Source: Macrostomum lignano
Taxonomy: Eukaryota
DNA length: 64,000 bases
Assembly: GCA_002269645.1 (NCBI GenBank)
Contig: NIVC01001667.1
Span: forward strand, 64,876-128,875
Direction: 5' to 3'
The notes beneath the pieces were generated by a model. That model was not told the origin of the DNA. It worked only from the letters and a program-made list of their open reading frames with translations, and made no database searches. Numbering within the stretch: the first letter of the stretch is position 1; every line of letters begins with the position of its first letter. Position numbers and translations under genes: made by a program. Below are positions 41,319 to 54,900 of the stretch, piece by piece.

Positions 41319-43292
41319 AAGTAGTCGGCACGACTCCCCGGATTGGATTGGCACACCGCCATATCAGAATCAGACTCAAAACATGCAGACTTTGCGTCTG
41401 AAAGACACAAACATGAGACGATATAGCAACAAGGCAAGATCAGACTTAGATCTCAAACAAGACAAAATCTTGGTTGATTCTTTCTCATACAGTACAGACG
41501 TACAGAGGATTTCTGTTGCATTGTGCTTTTCTTCTTTCTGCCAAATTCTTTTCTAACTAACAAAACACGATAAAAATCGTGTAAAATGTAAACATTTACA
41601 TCTTAATTTACATTGAACATAAAAATTCTGTATCATATACGTGATTGTCGTCAATTTGAGATTAATAGGAGGTAGTAGCTAGTAGTTGATCATTTCTGTA
41701 GGATTAGATTCAAAACCAAATTCAAAATTCAAAACCAACAACATGTTCGTTCGGAAAAGGACAAGTGTCCTTGTCTTCTTTAGTCTAGTCTCTCGGACCG
41801 AGCTCCGAACTAACAATTTACTTTTACACAGACACAACACAACACAATACAACCCACACTTCGCCTACTACTTACTGGCCATTAGTATGGGCCACCCACT
41901 GGCAATGGCCCCTCTTATCCCAGTTTTTTTCGGAAACGAAAACCAGCCCCACTCTCTCGGACGCGGGGGGATGGGGCTCGACCGTATGTGTGTGTGGGGG
42001 GGGGGGTGGTTGACTTTTATGACCTTCCCCGTCCCGGCCCGAGCCACTGGTAAAGTTATTGCCTCCCTCAGCTAAAAGGCGCAACCCCGAACCCCAACCC
42101 AACCCCTTACCCAGACGGAAAGTAAAAATAAACTCAGTTAAGGTTGAAACGATAACTTTTTTCAGCTTTATCCCTTTCTCGAGTCATCATCATTCTCATT
42201 ATTAAAAGCGGCGTAAAGTTTCTACGTAAACTATTAAAAGCAAAGCAACGTGACAGTCCGAATATCAGTGTGAAATTAATGAATGAAAGACTACCTTATT
42301 ATGTAATTAAATTTTAATTTACCTTTATCTAATTAGAACAAAAATGAATAAAGCAACCAAACCGTCCTGAAAAAAAAACTGTAAATTAGACAGACTACTT
42401 CAAACTTGATGACGAGGTAAATCGCTTTCGAATTCGGATTTAAAATTGTCACTAATCACTAGATCGTATTGAGAGATTTTAAAGTATAAACCACCAATGG
42501 TACATATTTAGCACTCCATATACATGGCTTTTGTTAATTAAGTAATTAAGAAAAAGCATCTGAGAGTCTGAGCTGAGCAAACCTTATTTAACTCTTCTCT
42601 CAGTCTCACCTGGCCTCACAAAGTCAAATTTTAATTCGGCTTTTTGAGTGAGTAAATTATGAAGATCTTAATTGTGACCGGATTGTGCCATGTGCTGTGC
42701 TCTCTATCTCTGGAGTCTGGGAGCCATCTACTGTAATTATTATAAAACAGTAACGTAACTTATAATATAAATACAACACATTGCTCGCTTTGTCACACTT
42801 AATCAGGCTATATTATTAAATTAGTTTGGTTGGCGGTAAAAACGGGTGGGGTACTGGGTAGGTGGCGGAAAAAGGCCAAAGGCGCGGCTTCGTTTGAAGT
42901 TGTTTAAAGAATTAGAATTTTAGCGCGGCGTAAAACGGTGCTGTAATAAATACAATGCATTTTCAACCGCCAACCAGTTACCAAAGTGGGTCCATTTTCA
43001 ATGATCAATGGTCGTGTAAATTGTGAGTGCAGATGCAGATAATATAAATATTATGCTCGGACTATAATTCAGCGGCATCAAGTTTATTAACTTTCTAATG
43101 TTTCCTTCAGAAGTGCGCGATACCAGACTTAAGCAGGTGCAGTGTCTGTGCAGTTGTAACTGCTGTAGTTACTATATGCAGTTCTTACGAGTACATTAGT
43201 TTAGTGCAGTGTCGTATCCAAGGTTTTTCCCTGGGGGGGGGGGGGGCAGCCGACACCCGCTAAATCCATAAGTGTTGTAGAGATACAAAACT

Positions 43293-45022
43293 ACCAGAGT
43301 TTAAAACTACAAAATTCATGTACACGACAAGCTGTATCAATAATGCACAAGATTACATGATGCACGAGTATTGAGAACACGCAACAGTACTCCTTGCATC
43401 TGCATCTCCCATCCTGCATCTCACCCTGGCCTCCCTCTGCATCTCTATGCGTCTCACTCTCCCATCCCTCTGCATCTCATCCTAGCATCCCTCTGTATCT
43501 CATCCTAGCATCCATCTGCATCTCCATCTCCCATCCTTCTGCATCTCACCCTGGCCTCCCTCTGCATCTCTATGCGTCTCACTCTCCCATCCCTCTGCAT
43601 CTCATCCTAGCATCCCTCTGTATCTCATCCTAGCATCCCTCTGCATCTCACCCTATACTATCCTTCTGTATCTCATCCTAGCATCCCTCTGCATCTCACC
43701 CTATACTATCCCTCTGCATCTCATCCTAGCATCCCTCTGTATCTCATCCTAGCATCCATCTGCATCTCCATCTCCCATCCTTCTGCATCTCACCCTGGCA
43801 TCCCTCTGCATCTCTATGCGTCTCACTCTACCATCCCTCTGCATCTCATCCTAGCATCCCTCTGTATCTCATCCTAGCATCCCTCTGCATCTCACCCTAT
43901 ACTATCCTTCTGTATCTCATCCTAGCATCCATCTGCATCTCCATCTCCCATCCCTCTGCATCTCATCCTAGCATCCCTCTGCATCTCATCCTAGCATCCA
44001 TCTGCATCTCCATCTCCCATCCCTCTGCATCTCATCCTAGCATCCCTCTGTATCTCATCCTAGCATCCATCTGCATCTCCATCTCCCATCCCTCTGCATC
44101 TCATCCTAGCATCCCTCTGCATCTCATCCTAGCATCCCTCTGCATCTCGCCCTACCATCTCTCTGCATCTCACCCTACCATCTCTCTGCATCTCACCCTA
44201 CCATCCCTCTGCATCTCACCCTACCCTCCCTCTGCATCTCACCCTACCATTCCTCTGCATCTCACCCTACCATTCCTCTGCATCTCACCCTACCCTCCCT
44301 CTGCATCTCACCCTACCATTCCTCTGCATCTCACCCTACCATTCCTCTGCATCTCACCCTACCCTCCCTCTGCATCTCACCCTACCATTCCTCTGCATCT
44401 CACCCTACCCTCCCTCTGCATCTCACCCTACCATTCCTCTGCATCTTACCCTCCCATTCCTCTGCATCTCACCCTACCCTCCCTCTGCATCTCACCCTAC
44501 CATTCCTCTGCATCTTACCCTCCCATTCCTCTGCATCTCACCCTACCCTCCCTCTGCATCTCACCCTACCATTCCTCTGCATCTTACCCTCCCTCATCAC
44601 TCACCTCTCTATTAATTGCATTTCACTTCTAAGATAAACGCGCATGGGAAAAAAACAAAATCTTAAATATAAATCAGTCAGTATTATTTCAAACAATTAA
44701 AACTTTAGCTTTAATAACAAAACTAAACTAAAGTTTATGAAACAGTAACAAACAATATTATTATGTGTATGAAATGAAACAGAGTTTCTATATTATTCAA
44801 TATACATGTCGAATAGCTTTGCCTTAGGACAGATTACAGAAACAATGCAATAGTCGAGGAGTAAAAAGGCGAGTTGCATCAGAAGGAGAGAAGGAGTGGA
44901 CTATAATATTCATAATTATAGGCGAGCACATGAGTGGATTTTAATCAGATTTCCATACACACACAAGACACAGAAGGTGGCAATAACCATGCATGGTCAA
45001 ACCGAATTTTCGAATATTTCTT
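43293..45022 (+). repeat. Copy 1 of the ~1.7-kb direct duplication flanking the LINE
   Basis: Starts ACCAGAGTTTAAAACTAC and ends CGAATATTTCTT; near-identical to 46871-48537; contains a 23-bp minisatellite (43393-44593). Confidence 0.95.
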
Positions 45023-46870
45023 CGAAAATCAAAGTCGTCTTCAAAGTCGGGTATGCTGATGACGTCACGGCCATTGTGGCAGGACCGTCTCCCAGCACGC
45101 TCAGGGATCTGATGCAGAGCTTTATCCGCAAAGCAGAATCCTGGGCCAATGACAATGGTTTGGAACTCTCTGAGCCCAAAACCGTTGCCATTATGTTTAC
45201 CAGCAGACTACGCTGGAACATACGTCCTCTGCAGCTCTACGGCAGAGATATTGCCTTCGCGCACCAGACCAGATGTCTCGGGGTCACACTTGACCACCGG
45301 CTCAACTGGTCCTTCCACGTGAAAGCAAAAGCTAAGCGTGCCTCAGCCATCCTGGCCCAGCTCCGACGAGCACTTGGCACTTCTTGGGGTCTATCCCAAA
45401 GCGGCTTTGGTGGATCTATACTTCCGTAGTTAGACCTGCCATTACGTACGCCTCTGTTGTCTGGGTTAGCGCTACCCAGGTCAAAAGCCATGCAGACCTG
45501 CTCAACACGATCCAAGGCAGAGCGTGTAGGCTCATCTGCAACGCCACCAGGTCCACGCCCTTTGCTGGCATGGGGGCCTTTCTTAATCTTCCGCCTCTTG
45601 ACCTCTTCATCAGGGGTGAGGCGGCTAGAACGACGCGGCGTCTAATTGATGCCGGCGTCAAATTCATTTACATGAGAGCACCTGCTAAGCGGAACCTTGT
45701 CCCGCATAGCGATCTGTGCCTCAACTTTCTCAACGAGTGTCAGGCCAATCGCGTCTTCACCGATGGCATTGCCTCAACGCTCAACCTGAGACAGCGCTAC
45801 TCCGTAGCTATCGACTCGCGCGATAACATCAATGACCATTGGAACCCTGGTGAGCTTCATTGCTACACCGACGGTTCTAAGCAGTCAGCCAACACCGGCT
45901 TTGGTGTTGGAATCTTTCTGAACGGGAGGGTCATCGCTACCCACGCTCAATACACTGGGGTCAACTCCAGTGTTTTCCAAAATGAAGTTCTGGCCATCAG
46001 CTCCTGCACTGCAGAGCTTCTCGCCACTGGCGTTACTGGTAAGAACATCATTTTCCATTCGGACAGCCAAGCTGCCTTGCACGCCATCAGTGGCTGCAGC
46101 ACCAACTCTGCTACAGTCCTTGACTGTATCAAACTCCTCAATGTGTTGGGTTCCGCCAACAAAATTACCCTTAAGTGGGTTCCGGGGCATGTGGGGATCC
46201 GAGGAAATGAGTTGGCTGACACCCTTGCAAAAGTTGGTGCCTCCGGCTCCTCTCTCGGCCCCGAACCTCTTGTCCCGATTCCTGGCTGTGTCATCGACTC
46301 GCGCATCAAAGCGTGGATCAGGACTCAGCACCGCTCGACTTGGGCGAACCGCACGAACTGCAGGCAATCCAGAGGCGCTGTCCCTCAGCCCTCTCACCAG
46401 CTCCGGAAGCTCCTCTTGCGCCTCTCGCGCAGAGACATCCGGGCTGCCACCATGACCCTCTCTGGTCACGGCTGCTTCTCCAGGCACCAGTACCTGCAGG
46501 GCAACGCCACCAACGCCACCTGTAGTTTCTGCAACTCAGGTGACGAAACCGCTGAGCATTTCGTCAGCATCTGTCCCGCCTTCACGCGGGCCAGACTCAC
46601 TTACCTCGGGCCACACACATCTATTACTGAAGCGTGCAAACCCGAAAACTTTAATCAGCTCATGCGCTACCTTCGGGCCACCCGCAGGGCTGAACTCTCC
46701 TTTCCAGAGAGCACCATAGCTGCTGGCGACACTGGGGGACCTCCCTGGGCGGCGCCAACCCTCCGTCCATAGCGACGCGTCGGCCGTTCAGGGACTAGCG
46801 GAATGGGCGCCCGCGCCTTCCCGCTGTGTCCCCTCCGGGACAGCCCTGCAGCTAAGTCAAGTAAGTCAAG
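45023..46870 (+). mobile_element. 5'-truncated non-LTR retrotransposon (R1/Loa-Lian-like) with RT C-terminus, RNase H and a C-terminal Cys/His motif
   Basis: YADD at ~45052, LGVTLDHRLNW, YTDGSK..E..D..GNELAD RNase H, CSFC..ETAEH..C; 3' tail GCTAAGTCAAGTAAGTCAAG. A single 1-nt frameshift near 45395 separates the two ORF-track pieces (WGLS/PKRLWWIY). Confidence 0.9.
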
Positions 46871-48537
46871 ACCAGAGTTTAAAACTACAAAATTCATGTA
46901 CACGACAAGCTGTATCAATAATGCACAAGATTACATGATGCACGAGTATTGAGAACACGCAACAGTACTCCTTGCATCTGCATCTCCCATCCTGCATCTC
47001 ACCCTGGCCTCCCTCTGCATCTCTATGCGTCTCACTCTCCCATCCCTCTGCATCTCATCCTAGCATCCCTCTGTATCTCATCCTAGCATCCATCTGCATC
47101 TCCATCTCCCATCCTTCTGCATCTCACCCTGGCCTCCCTCTGCATCTCTATGCGTCTCACTCTCCCATCCCTCTGCATCTCATCCTAGCATCCCTCTGTA
47201 TCTCATCCTAGCATCCCTCTGCATCTCACCCTATACTATCCTTCTGTATCTCATCCTAGCATCCCTCTGCATCTCACCCTATACTATCCCTCTGCATCTC
47301 ATCCTAGCATCCCTCTGTATCTCATCCTAGCATCCATCTGCATCTCCATCTCCCATCCTTCTGCATCTCACCCTGGCATCCCTCTGCATCTCTATGCGTC
47401 TCACTCTACCATCCCTCTGCATCTCATCCTAGCATCCCTCTGTATCTCATCCTAGCATCCCTCTGCATCTCACCCTATACTATCCTTCTGTATCTCATCC
47501 TAGCATCCATCTGCATCTCCATCTCCCATCCCTCTGCATCTCATCCTAGCATCCCTCTGCATCTCATCCTAGCATCCATCTGCATCTCCATCTCCCATCC
47601 CTCTGCATCTCATCCTAGCATCCCTCTGTATCTCATCCTAGCATCCATCTGCATCTCCATCTCCCATCCCTCTGCATCTCATCCTAGCATCCCTCTGCAT
47701 CTCATCCTAGCATCCCTCTGCATCTCGCCCTACCATCTCTCTGCATCTCACCCTACCATCTCTCTGCATCTCACCCTACCATCCCTCTGCATCTCACCCT
47801 ACCCTCCCTCTGCATCTCACCCTACCATTCCTCTGCATCTCACCCTACCATTCCTCTGCATCTCACCCTACCCTCCCTCTGCATCTCACCCTACCATTCC
47901 TCTGCATCTCACCCTACCATTCCTCTGCATCTCACCCTACCCTCCCTCTGCATCTCACCCTACCATTCCTCTGCATCTCACCCTACCCTCCCTCTGCATC
48001 TCACCCTACCATTCCTCTGCATCTTACCCTCCCATTCCTCTGCATCTCACCCTACCCTCCCTCTGCATCTCACCCTACCATTCCTCTGCATCTTACCCTC
48101 CCTCATCACTCACCTCTCTATTAATTGCATTTCACTTCTAAGATAAACGCGCATGGGAAAAAAACAAAATCTTAAATATAAATCAGTCAGTATTATTTCA
48201 AACAATTAAAACTTTAGCTTTAATAACAAAACTAAACTAAAGTTTATGAAACAGTAACAAACAATATTATTATGTGTATGAAATGAAACAGAGTTTCTAT
48301 ATTATTCAATATACATGTCGAATAGCTTTGCCTTAGGACAGATTACAGAAACAATGCAATAGTCGAGGAGTAAAAAGGCGAGTTGTCGGAGTTGCATCAG
48401 GAGAGAAGGAGTGGACTATAATATTCATAATTATAGGCGAGCACATGAGTGGATTTTAATCAGATTTCCATACACACACAAGACACAGAAGGTGGCAATA
48501 ACCATGCATGGTCAAACCGAATTTTCGAATATTTCTT
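46871..48537 (+). repeat. Copy 2 of the ~1.7-kb direct duplication flanking the LINE
   Basis: Same ends as copy 1; 69 bp (3 x 23-bp units) shorter in the minisatellite, with +9/-3 indels near 48385-48400. Confidence 0.95.
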
Positions 48538-48947
48538 GAATCTTCACTAAACTAAATAATGTTGGCACATTAACCTATATTAATCGAGCATATAGTTAAT
48601 ATGACACTCCTCACTGCTGAAAAAGAAGCATTATTAAAGGAAAGAGAATTAGTGCTCTAGCGCAAAAGAAAATAAACAAAATAATTATGTAATATGCATG
48701 TGGGCCTGGCATTCAGGCTTTTATGATCTGTACAAACAAATCATATTTTTAGTGATGATAAGAGTACAGCTAAACATGACAACAGAAACTCACATTGCAT
48801 TTTATCGTGCAACAAGGCGGTAAAGATTTTTTTAAATCCCTTTTTGTAGGAAAGAATTCCCTCGAAAGTTGTTGAACTTCGAAGCGTTTAAAATTGATAA
48901 AGGGACAGGGTAAAATGCTTTGATTAAATTGTTGAAAATATATATTG

Positions 48948-51900
48948 TTAAGCGTGCTCCAGCTTCACTTCTGTTGATGAAGCGTGAAGATGCTGCTGCT
49001 GATGCTGTAACATCATGTGATGCTGAGTTAAGTGATGCTGCTGTTGCTGCTGCAGTTGATGATGCTGCTGCTGCAGCTGCTGATGAGGCATCAGATGCGA
49101 TGCAGCAACCGCTTCAGATAATAACAGATTGGACATTGATGACGGACTGCCCAGCTGCACCGCACCGTCCTTGAGGCTGCCGCTGTTATTGTTATTATTG
49201 TTGTTGTTGTTGTGGCAGATGTTGCTGAAATCCTGCTCAGAGTGAGCACTCGAAATGTCCGCAGCCGCAGCCGCCGCCGCTGAAGGCTTCGAACCTCCGC
49301 CGCCGCCGCTGCTCTTCTTCTGTCGGCGCTCCTTGGCACGGCGGTTTTGAAACCAGATCTTGATCTGCGGGATATGGGATATGGGATATTTAAAGTGGAT
49401 GGCTCTATGGTTAGGGAAACTTGACCTTTTAGTAAATGTTGGTACACTTAAATGGGATCTGTTTGAATTCTACCTGGGATCTGTTTGAATTCTACCTGGG
49501 ATCTGTTTGAATTCTACTTGGGATCCGTTGGGACTGTAGGATCTGTTTTGGGACTGTGGAATCTGTTTCGGGACTGTGGGATCTGGTTCGGGACTGTTGG
49601 TTCTGTTTTGGGACTGTGGGGTCTATATTGGGACTGTTGGTTCTGTTTTGGGACTGTGGGATCTGTTTTGGGACTGTGGGATCTATATTGGGACTATGGA
49701 ATCTGTTTTGGGACTGTGGAATCTGTTTTGGGACTGTGGAATCTGTTTTGGGACTGTGGGATCTGGTTCGGGACTGTGGGTTCTGTCTTGGGACTGTGGG
49801 ATCTGTTTTGGGACTGTGGGATCTATATTGGGACTGTGGGATCTGTTTTGGGACTGTGGGATCTATATTGGGACTGTGGGATCTGTTTTGGGACTGTGGG
49901 ATCTATATTGGGACTGTGGGATCTGTTTTGGGACTGTGGGATCTATATTGGGACTGTGGGATCTGTTTTGGGACTGTGGGATCTATATTGGGACTGTGGG
50001 ATCTGTTTTGGGACTGTGGGATCTGTTTTGGGACTGTGGGATCTGTTTTGGGACTGTGGGATCTATATTGGGACTGTGGGATCTATATTGGGACTGTGGG
50101 ATCTGTTTTGGGACTGTGGGATCTGTTTCGGGACTCATTGGATTGCAGGACAGTGGGGATCTCGGGGACAAAAATTTTCAAAATAAGAAGCTCATGAACA
50201 GTTTGTTGCATACTCTGCACAGAATTCCGAAATGATCAAAAGCCAAATTTAAAATTAATGCCTTCACGAATTTGAAGCCCACACAAACCCTGTCTTTTCT
50301 TCAGGAGCAAGATTTGTGACAATCTAGTTGGGCAACGCGGCAACAATGCAGATTAACAACAAGCATCAGAACTGCATCAGAAGTTTGATAATTGAAACTG
50401 ATAAAAACTGTTCTGCTGATAATTATTCTCCGAATATGTGAGCACAGCAGCGCAGACTGTGAGACCACGCCCCCTTTCCATTCCTATACGAGCGTATGTG
50501 TATGCATAGCGCCAATTTGCACAGTTACAAATTAATAAGTCAAAAGATTGCGTCATCAATCTCCCCTAGCAATAATATAACAATAGGATTATATAGAATA
50601 ATATATACCATGACAGATCAGCAGCTAATCTTAGCCTTGTAAAAGTTACTCTAGTCAGAGTATAGAATGTGCCTAAATAACTAAACATGAGCATAGTTGT
50701 TTGTATACATGAGACAAGCGGGGAAATTAGTCAACCATAACCGCGCTTGCAAAGATTTTTAGATAAATTTCAGTATAGAGAAGAACAATAGAGGTATATA
50801 TGACACACTGGCAAATATATAGTATAGAGCCTTAGATACCAATTGACCAGATCTTATAAATCCAAGGCGTGGAGGATGAATGAATGAATGGATGGGATGG
50901 ATGGATGGAGGGGTCAAGTTTTGCGAGTCAGGCTCCGAGAAATGCACAGTGAAAGACAGACAATAAATTCCCCCGGTCACAACCCGTTACAGATCGCTGC
51001 TTTCGAGTTTCAGTTCTCTTTCCTAATACAACAGACAGGCCTATTGCTGACCCACCTGCAGGACAAATAGGGTGCGGGAGAGGAGAGGAGAGGAAAGGTT
51101 GAGGGTTGCGTCAGCATTGTGTTACCATGCAGAGTTGAAAATTTTATTTTGATTTGCGATCTCTATAACTATTATGTATACAATAGCCTCAAACCGCGTG
51201 CTCACTGCAGGAGTCACTCTATGCTCAGTTTGATCGGCTCACAAAATCAAAGTACGAAATCTTGATAACTTTCCGAGTAAACACAACTGTTTTGATTAAA
51301 ACTTAGACAAGCTTAAAGAGCTTAAACTTAGGGCGCGTTCTGAACCCGAAACTGCATGACAAATACCCGAAACTGCATGACAAACACCCGAAACTGCATG
51401 ACAAACACCCGAAACTGCATGACAAACACCCGAAACTGCATGAAAAATACCCGAAACTGCATGAAAAATACCCGAAACTGCATGACAAATACCCGAAACT
51501 GCATGAACCTAAAACTTTATTATCCCAAAAGCTAATAAAATTATGAGCATAGACTCACCTGTCGCTCGGACAAATGCAGAATGCCGGACAATTCTGATTT
51601 TCTAGCCGAAGTTATGTACTTCTGATAGTGATACTCCTTTTCCAGCTCAAAGCGCTGCTGGGAGTTGTACACCTGCCTGTATTTGTCTTGAGTCCGAGTT
51701 TTCATCTCTGAAAGGCGAGCAAAGGAACACAAGGAAACGTATAGTATATTGTTCTTACCAGAACACCATTAAACCATAGAGTGAGATAAACTGCAGCGAC
51801 AGTGAGATAGAGTGAGATAAACTGCAGCGACAGTGAGATAGAGTGAGATAAACTGCAGCGACAGTGAGATAGAAGAGTGAGATAAACTGCAGCGACAGTG

Positions 51901-54900
51901 AGATAGAAGAGTGAGATAAACTGAAGCGACAGTGAGATAGAAGAGTGAGATAAACTGCAGTGACAGTGAGATAGAGTGAGATAAACTGCAGTGACAGTGA
52001 GATAGAGTGAGATAAACTGCAGTGACAGTGAGATAGAGTGAGATAAACTGCAGCGACAGTGAGATAAACTGCAGTGACAGTGAGATAGAGTGAGATAAAC
52101 TGCAGTGACAGTGAGATAGAGTGAGATAAACTGCAGTGACAGTGAGATAGAGTGAGATAAACTGCAGTGACAGTGAGATAGAGTGAGATAAACTGCAGCG
52201 ACAGTGAGATAAACTGCAGTGACAGTGAGATAGAGTGAGATAAACTGCAGTGACAGTGAGATAGAGTGAGATAAACTGCAGTGACAGTGAGATAGAGTGA
52301 GATAAACTGCAGTGACAGTGAGATAGAGTGAGATAAACTGCAGCGACAGTGAGATAAACTGCAGTGACAGTGAGATAGAGTGAGATAAACTGCAGTGACA
52401 GTGAGATAGAGTGAGATAAACTGCAGTGACAGTGAGATAGAGTGAGATAAACTGCAGCGACAGTGAGATAAACTGCAGTGACAGTGAGATAGAGTGAGAT
52501 AAACTGCAGTGACAGTGAGATAGAGTGAGATAAACTGCAGTGACAGTGAGATAGAAGAGTGAGATAAACTGCAGTGACAGTGAGATAGAAGAGTGAGATA
52601 AACTGCAGTGACAGTGAGATAGAAGATTGAGATAAACTGCAGTGACAGTGAGATAGAAGATTGAGATAAACTGCAGTGACAGTGAGATAGAAGATTGAGA
52701 TAAACTGCAGCGACAGTGAGATAAACTGCAGCGACAGTGAGATAGAAGAGTGAGATAAACTGCAGTGACAGTGAGATAGAGTGAGATAAACTGCAGTGAC
52801 AGTGAGATAGAGTGAGATAAACTGCAGTGACAGTGAGATAGAAGAGTGAGATAAACTGCAGCGACAGTGAGATAGAAGAGTGAGATAAACTGTAGCGACA
52901 GTGAGATACAGAGTGAGATTAACTGCATTGACAGTGAAATAAGAGTGACAGTAGTGAATATAAACAAATCACAGATACTTATATAGCCAATATTTAAAAA
53001 TAAAAAGCAATTTTGAATTGAACCCATGCAGAAGGTGGGAATGGAATGCAATAAAGGTGCTAAACTGCAGCTGCTCGGTAGAATGTGACCGTAAAAAGAC
53101 AGAGAAAATAAACTGCCTGGTTAGAGAAGAAAAGAGGTTAGAACCCCTCGAAAACATCCCTAAGAACTTGTCATTGTCATGTCATTATACTTAAGGAATG
53201 CTGCTTCGTGAATTCAGAGTTGTACTGCTCATAATTTTGCTGAATTCCTACTGTTATGAATCCCACGAGTATAACAGATGCGCGTATTTGCACAAAGCAA
53301 TAGAAAGAATGCCATGTTGAAGCGATTACGCTGTAAAACTGTATCTATGCTTAGACAGTAGACACGAGACAGCTATATCTGTGTGACAACTGGCTGGGTT
53401 GTCACACTTGAAACCAATGTTCTAACAGCTTCGATTGCTCTATAAACTATTTATTTTTGTTGCGCCTCCTTTAAGGAGCCAAGATTAATTTGACCTCGAA
53501 TGTTAGTGTGACAAGAGTACAGCCGAATCCATAAATACAGATTCTCATGGCACTCTGGTTTTTGGAATCCATGGTTTAAGGGATCCATGGCTTTAGAGAT
53601 CGATGGTTTTATGGATCCATGGTTTTGGATTTCTGGTTTTGCGGATCCATGGTTTTGGTGGATTGCGGGTTTTGAGGATCCATAGTTTTTGGGATCCATG
53701 GTTTTGGATTGTGGGTTTTGAGGATCCATGGTTTTTGGGATCCATGGTTTTGGATTGTGGGTTTTGAGGATCCATGGTTTTTGGGATCCATGATTTTTTG
53801 GGAATCCATGGTTTTTGAGATTCATGGTTTTTTGGATTTCAAGCTTTGGGGATCCATGGTTATAGGGATCCATGGTTTTGGGATCGCTGTTTTTTAGGTT
53901 TTAGAGGCCCCCTAGGGATCCCACCAAAAATCTCTATTTAGGGGCGCTAGCAGTGGCGGCCGTGTTTCAGGGGCACCGGTCCCTGTTTAATTTTATGCAA
54001 ACTCTTTTCTACCTTACGGATGCATGCGCGCAGAGGTTGCACAGAAGTTGCAATGGCAGGTGAATAAAGCATTTATAGCTTTCATAGATTAAAGGCTGCT
54101 TATTGTTTGTTGCTATGGGCCGGCGCACGACTGCAGCAAACACGAAGGAGGGTCATAAAACATTAATAATGCCAGTCAAGAAGATATCAACTTGACTCCC
54201 GAGTTCGACTTTGTCTTTGTCCTCGGTTGATCGGTGGGCGGATTTTAAGAGAGCTGCTGGTGCAATATCAATGATTGCCGCGCTACCTACTTGCCTTAGA
54301 TGTATGGATATTTATTGCATTATTACCCGAAAACGGAGTTTCTGTTCGGTAATAAATTAATCAGTTCAGTTGGTACCCATATCCCTAAGGATATTGGTTG
54401 GTGGGAGGACAAGATAAGTGGATGCCCTTAGAGACGCAATCTGCATAAATTCTTTCTGCATGGTGTTGTGTTTCCCTGTGACCTCAAGCTCAAGTAGCTT
54501 CTTTTTTTCGCCGGAAAAGTTAATCTAATGGATTAATCGGTCCGTAGGTTTTCTAGTTTAGTCCTGCTGAGACTTGGATTTACCTTTATATCTCTGGCTA
54601 GGAATCATCATGATCTCGCCAATGTTTCTCGTTGATATTACGAAAATCAACGATTTTATAGAGAAAATTTAGAACGGGGCGCTTATTACTAAGATACATG
54701 TATATGCGTATTAGGAACAAAATCAAACTCGATGGGGGACACGCCCTGTGCGCCTCCCCCTATATCCGCTACCGATCTTTAGTCTCCTGACTCTCCTATC
54801 TATATCTAGTCTCCCGATTGACTCTCCTATCCAAATCTAGTCACCCGATTGACTCTCCAATCTATATCTAGTCTCCCGATTGACTCTGCTATCTATCTTT

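Noticed and set aside
42826-42976. Inverted repeat GGTTGGCGGT..ACCGCCAACC
   Set aside because: Short, with no TSD; could be chance or a decayed MITE.
51702-53051. 449-aa Cys/His/Leu-rich ORF
   Set aside because: Translation of the 31-bp satellite in cdx intron 1; no domain.
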